A DNA stretch of 35,851 bases, from the IMG/VR virus record IMGVR_UViG_2909288124_000002. One strand, written 5' to 3'. Both the position numbers and the translations under genes were made by a program. Under the pieces are notes generated by a model, which worked only from the letters and a program-made list of their open reading frames with translations, had not been told where the DNA came from and did not search any database. Shown one piece after another: positions 32,468-35,851 of the stretch. Source of the stretch: a virus. Lineage: Duplodnaviria > Heunggongvirae > Uroviricota > Caudoviricetes. Each line of letters opens with the position of its first letter. The stretch's first letter is position 1.

Positions 32468-33220
32468 TTATCTCGTCACCTTCCTCAATTGCGCTTCCGC
32501 GTATGCTTCTTCCTGCCAGCACTTTGTTACCAGTTTACCAATGACGTCCGCATACCCCTTATACCACTGATAATCGGTCAGGTCTGGTACCAGCTTCTGG
32601 ACATGACGTCGTGCCAGCGTGGTCGGTAAACGACTAAACCGGTTTCCATTACAACGCCCACAAATCTTATATACCGGTACGCCATGAAACCGGGTTCTTT
32701 TTTCATCCAGAACAATCCCTTTACCCTTACACCCTCTGCACGCTGTGCTGGCTTCGCCCTTACCATGGCAATGCTGACATAGTTCCTTCACCCATTCTTC
32801 CTTGATTACAGATTCCCCGCGTCTGTAGTGTTTCACCACTTCGCGCAATACATTATAAAATCCCGTACCTGAACAATGCTCACAGCGAGCCTTACTTGCC
32901 GCAGACCTGGAGTAATCAGCAAAGGCAAAACTCACGAGGTAAGGAATAATCTGTAACCGGATTTCTTCACTCAATTTGTTCAATGTCGGGTTATCCAGTG
33001 CCATCGCGTAATTTAGCAGGCCTTCAATCGCAAACTGAGGGTCCTGAACACCAACTTTTGCCAGAAATAAGGCCAACCCAAGTGGTGCTTTCGACTGCAC
33101 CATCCCCTGCGCTGCCATTACATCCGTAATTGTTAAACAACCGGTGCCTGTCGCTGGAGCGTCATCGCTCAATTTTGGAGATTTTGGGGAGTAATATTTT
33201 GGTAAGGCTTCAAGGTTCAT
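32468..33220 (-). CDS. quuQ: Late gene antiterminator Q (phage 21/82-type, 250 aa)
   Basis: From MNLEALPKYYSPKSPKLSDDAP...; Cys-rich zinc-binding region CEHCSGTG...CQHCHGKGEASTACRGCKGKG...CGRCNGN. The ORF track begins 10 codons upstream. Confidence 0.85.
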   Translation of the reverse strand: MNLEALPKYYSPKSPKLSDDAPATGTGCLTITDVMAAQGMVQSKAPLGLALFLAKVGVQDPQFAIEGLLNYAMALDNPTLNKLSEEIRLQIIPYLVSFAFADYSRSAASKARCEHCSGTGFYNVLREVVKHYRRGESVIKEEWVKELCQHCHGKGEASTACRGCKGKGIVLDEKRTRFHGVPVYKICGRCNGNRFSRLPTTLARRHVQKLVPDLTDYQWYKGYADVIGKLVTKCWQEEAYAEAQLRKVTR

Positions 33221-33233
33221 GCTCGTTCTCCAC

Positions 33234-34283
33234 TTACACCAGTACGCCAATTGCCAGCGCGCGATCGATAAAACGAAATATCAGCTCCAGTTGGGAGCCA
33301 TACTTATCTTCAAATGCCACTGTATCCGTATGCAGCTCGTTGTGATGCTTTCTGCACAAAGGCAACACAAAGAGATCATGTGCTTTTGTTCCCATTCCGC
33401 CCTGCCCGTGACCAATCAGATGATGCGGATCGTCGGCTGGCATACCGCAGCAAGCACACGGCTGTGTCTTAACCCAACGTGTGTATTTCTCCTTAACCCA
33501 GCGGCGACGTTTAGGCAGCTTCATGAAAGATTCCGGAGACTCTGGATCAACGGTGATGCTTACCACCGTCTTTTCCTGTGGTGATTTTTGTTGCTGGTGG
33601 GCGTAAGGCAACGGTGCAAGATTTTTTGTGCGTTGTTTCAATATGCTGGTGGCGGTCTGCTCTCCCGGTACGATGTCGCTTTCGCGGTACACCGAGCAGA
33701 TTTTTTCCGCTGGTAATCCCAGCGAACGACGCGATACAGCCTCAGGTAGTGCATCCACCACCTGATTGCAGACCGCCCACCAGGATAATTCAGCCAAAGA
33801 TAATTCCCGCTCCTGCGTACCGCTTATTGCGTGACGGATGACGTCAATCACCCATGCTGTCAGATTTTGTTGAGCAAGCAGCTCCAGTGATTCCGATGTC
33901 TGGTCACGCAGTTGGTTGTCGCAGTGCCAGCACAACACCATTGCGCCGGTACCATAACGGTGAATGACTGTTTCAGTGTGATGGTAATCGCCATTAGGCC
34001 ACTGGCAGGATGTAACATGACGTAATAGCCAGTCGGACAATGCGCCAACGCCGCCAGCAGCACGAATCACCCGTTCGTTACTAAAAAACGGCAGCAATGT
34101 TTTGTCTTCCGCCAGCGGCTGGCGAACGGCAGGAACGACTCCGGATGGCAGATTACGCATGCTTTTTGGTTCCGGTTCCACCAGCACTCGAGGATTATGA
34201 AATATCTGTATGGATTCACGGCCCGGCTTAAGGACCACCAGCCCAAGCTCAGGCACCAGAACAGGTCTAAGTAATACCCGCAC
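33234..34283 (-). CDS. ydfU: YdfU-like DUF968 protein with C-terminal HNH-like zinc-finger motif
   Basis: ORF ...CACCGMPADDPHHLIGHGQGGMGTKAHDLFVLPLCRKHHNELH... Start uncertain: GTG at 34283 directly follows the upstream ORF stop (TAA-C-GTG); the ORF track extends to 34322. Confidence 0.75.
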   Translation of the reverse strand: MRVLLRPVLVPELGLVVLKPGRESIQIFHNPRVLVEPEPKSMRNLPSGVVPAVRQPLAEDKTLLPFFSNERVIRAAGGVGALSDWLLRHVTSCQWPNGDYHHTETVIHRYGTGAMVLCWHCDNQLRDQTSESLELLAQQNLTAWVIDVIRHAISGTQERELSLAELSWWAVCNQVVDALPEAVSRRSLGLPAEKICSVYRESDIVPGEQTATSILKQRTKNLAPLPYAHQQQKSPQEKTVVSITVDPESPESFMKLPKRRRWVKEKYTRWVKTQPCACCGMPADDPHHLIGHGQGGMGTKAHDLFVLPLCRKHHNELHTDTVAFEDKYGSQLELIFRFIDRALAIGVLV

Positions 34284-34284
34284 G

Positions 34285-34563
34285 TTACCTCCAGATCCGT
34301 TGCTGGAAAGTGCGGGACGCACGTGGTGGGCGTTCGGAATAAGGCAGCCTGACAGAGATTATCCAGTGCCGATAGTCGAGACTGAGAGCTTTCTTAACCT
34401 CGAACCCGCGCCTGCGGTAAGAATGAATCAGCCATTCGGCCTGTTCTGCAGTGCATGGAGGGTGCTGGAACCATTCAGACTTGAATGCGTGAGAATACCG
34501 CCCGTGCGTGCAGGCAAGAACGGGCGAATTATCAGAATTGTAATATTTTGCGTTGCGTGCCAT
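34285..34563 (-). CDS. Hypothetical protein (92 aa), apparently translationally coupled to ydfU
   Basis: ORF MARNAKYYNSDNSPVLACTHGRYSHAFKSEWFQHPPCTAEQAEWLIHSYRRRGFEV...; stop abuts the candidate ydfU start; family not recognised. Confidence 0.5.
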   Translation of the reverse strand: MARNAKYYNSDNSPVLACTHGRYSHAFKSEWFQHPPCTAEQAEWLIHSYRRRGFEVKKALSLDYRHWIISVRLPYSERPPRASRTFQQRIWR

Positions 34564-34629
34564 CGGTTTTCTCCGGTGGCACGGTGTTACTCAGCGGGAG
34601 TTCAGCCCCGCGCAAGATTGTAGATGAGT

Positions 34630-34881
34630 TTATTCTCCTGAAAAAGCAGAAAAGCCAGCTTTTATTCCGATCTCTTTCAATGCCTGTAATGAAGTGACAA
34701 ACTCACCTTCGCGCAAGATAAATCCGTCCGTGACCCGAGCATCCACAAAATTAATTAACGCAGCCCCATTCTTTCGCAAACACATAATGCGGTAATGACT
34801 AACAAGATTTCCATTTTCAACGCACACAGCATAGAGGCCATCTTCACAAAAAATTTTACGCAGTTCTTCGATGTTCATCAT
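34630..34881 (-). CDS. rem: Rem protein (83 aa), Qin prophage-type
   Basis: ORF MMNIEELRKIFCEDGLYAVCVENGNLVSHYRIMCLRKNGAALINFVDARVTDGFILREGEFVTSLQALKEIGIKAGFSAFSGE. Confidence 0.8.
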   Translation of the reverse strand: MMNIEELRKIFCEDGLYAVCVENGNLVSHYRIMCLRKNGAALINFVDARVTDGFILREGEFVTSLQALKEIGIKAGFSAFSGE

Positions 34882-35005
34882 CAGAATCCTTCCGGATAAT
34901 TAGCTCTCCCCTTTAAGGGACCATCCCTCTTATCCCTGCGCGCTACTTAAGTATTTTTGATTCTATTCCGGCACCGTCCAGAACTTCAAACGCATTGAAA
35001 ATAAA

Positions 35006-35032
35006 AACAAAAACCCGCCGAAGCGGGTTAAG
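35006..35032 (-). terminator. Intrinsic terminator at the end of the relB-relE-hokD operon
   Basis: Minus-strand hairpin AACCCGC-TTCG-GCGGGTT followed by TTTTTGTTTTTATTTTC. Confidence 0.7.
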
Positions 35033-35097
35033 TGCGGGTGCGTTGAGGATGCCTGCCACATCAGAGGTGGCGAGGGATTTCTCCCCCGCCGGGTCTC

Positions 35098-35253
35098 TTA
35101 CTCCTCAGGTTCGTAAGCTGTGAAGACAGCGACCTCCGTCTGGCCGGTTCGGATTCGTACCTCGCAGAGGTCTTTCCTCGTTACCAGTGCCGTCACTATG
35201 ACGGTTAAACAGATGACGATCAGGGCGATTAACATCGCCTTTTGCTGCTTCAT
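35098..35253 (-). CDS. hokD: Hok-family small membrane toxin HokD/RelF (51 aa)
   Basis: Hand-translated minus-strand ORF MKQQKAMLIALIVICLTVIVTALVTRKDLCEVRIRTGQTEVAVFTAYEPEE; below the ORF-track cutoff. Confidence 0.9.
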   Translation of the reverse strand: MKQQKAMLIALIVICLTVIVTALVTRKDLCEVRIRTGQTEVAVFTAYEPEE

Positions 35254-35324
35254 AGCCTGCTTCTCCTGTCAACGCAAAGCAGAAGTGTCACCTTCGGTGC
35301 GAAACAGAGATGTCATGCTTTGGT

Positions 35325-35612
35325 TCAGAGAATGCGTTTGACCGCCTCGCTATATACTTCCGAGCGTTCTCTTTTCCCAACAGAAATCACGAAAACGACA
35401 ACTTTCTCGTCTATAACCTGGTATACAAGGCGATAGCCTGAAGACCGGAGCTTAATCTTGTAACAATCAGGCATACCACGGAGCTTGTTTGCTTCAATCC
35501 GGGGTGACTCAAGTACTTCAACCAGCTTCTTTTTCAACTGTTCACGTACCGTCGAGCCCAGCTTTCGCCATTCCTTTAGTGCCCGCTCGTCAAAATCCAG
35601 AAAATACGCCAT
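35325..35612 (-). CDS. relE: RelE mRNA interferase toxin (95 aa)
   Basis: ORF MAYFLDFDERALKEWRKLGSTVREQLKKKLVEVLESPRIEANKLRGMPDCYKIKLRSSGYRLVYQVIDEKVVVFVISVGKRERSEVYSEAVKRIL. Confidence 0.95.
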   Translation of the reverse strand: MAYFLDFDERALKEWRKLGSTVREQLKKKLVEVLESPRIEANKLRGMPDCYKIKLRSSGYRLVYQVIDEKVVVFVISVGKRERSEVYSEAVKRIL

Positions 35613-35851
35613 CAGAGTTCATCCAGCGTCACACGTACTGGCTTAGGATTACGAAGCCGTTCTTTCACTATCTCCACAAGTTCAGCATCTTCATCACTCA
35701 GGAGTGTCTGTTTGAACGGCAAGCGTTCATTGTCAGCGATATACTCGAGCATGAGACGAAGCGCTTCAGAAGGAGTTACACCCATTTTTTCAAGCGCGGC
35801 GTAAGAACGCGCTTTAAGTTCATCGTCAATACGCAGGTTAATGCTACCCAT
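35612..35851 (-). CDS. relB: RelB antitoxin (79 aa); its start codon is the last 3 nt of the window
   Basis: ORF MGSINLRIDDELKARSYAALEKMGVTPSEALRLMLEYIADNERLPFKQTLLSDEDAELVEIVKERLRNPKPVRVTLDEL; overlaps relE by 1 nt. Confidence 0.95.
   Translation of the reverse strand: MGSINLRIDDELKARSYAALEKMGVTPSEALRLMLEYIADNERLPFKQTLLSDEDAELVEIVKERLRNPKPVRVTLDEL

Noticed and set aside
35120-35436. Plus-strand ORFs 35120..35341 and 35242..35436 antisense to hokD and relE
   Set aside because: They are antisense to well-conserved toxin genes with no homology. A sok-like antisense RNA here is conceivable but not supported by any promoter I can identify.

Overview
This window is most of a lambdoid prophage of Escherichia coli, lying in reverse orientation (almost all phage genes on the minus strand), with gene content and order matching the Qin prophage neighbourhood but carrying a complete lambda-type packaging, head and tail module. 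All identifications rest on reading the six-frame translations against remembered protein families; no database search was run. From low to high coordinate: ydfK-like gene; an IS1 copy with a 9-bp target duplication ending 1 nt before the start codon of a Pin-family serine invertase; an IS3-family element with a 4-bp duplication that removes the last 3 codons of tfa; then tfa, stf, lom, a frameshifted J, I, K, L, M, H, G/G-T, V, U, Z, FII, FI, E, D, C/Nu3, B, W, A, Nu1 and a lambda-type cos site. Beyond cos lie moron genes (ynfO-like, ydfO, gnsB, cspI), a phage-21-type lysis cassette (Rz/Rz1, SAR endolysin, ydfR, pinholin), a small zinc-ribbon ORF, cspB, cspF, antiterminator Q, ydfU (DUF968), rem, and the relB-relE-hokD toxin-antitoxin operon. 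I did not find a clearly novel system: the most notable points are the two IS insertions bracketing the invertase, the J frameshift with a divergent receptor-binding C-terminus, the expanded tail-fibre repeats, and two unassigned small ORFs. No tRNA, rRNA, CRISPR array or att site was recognised.
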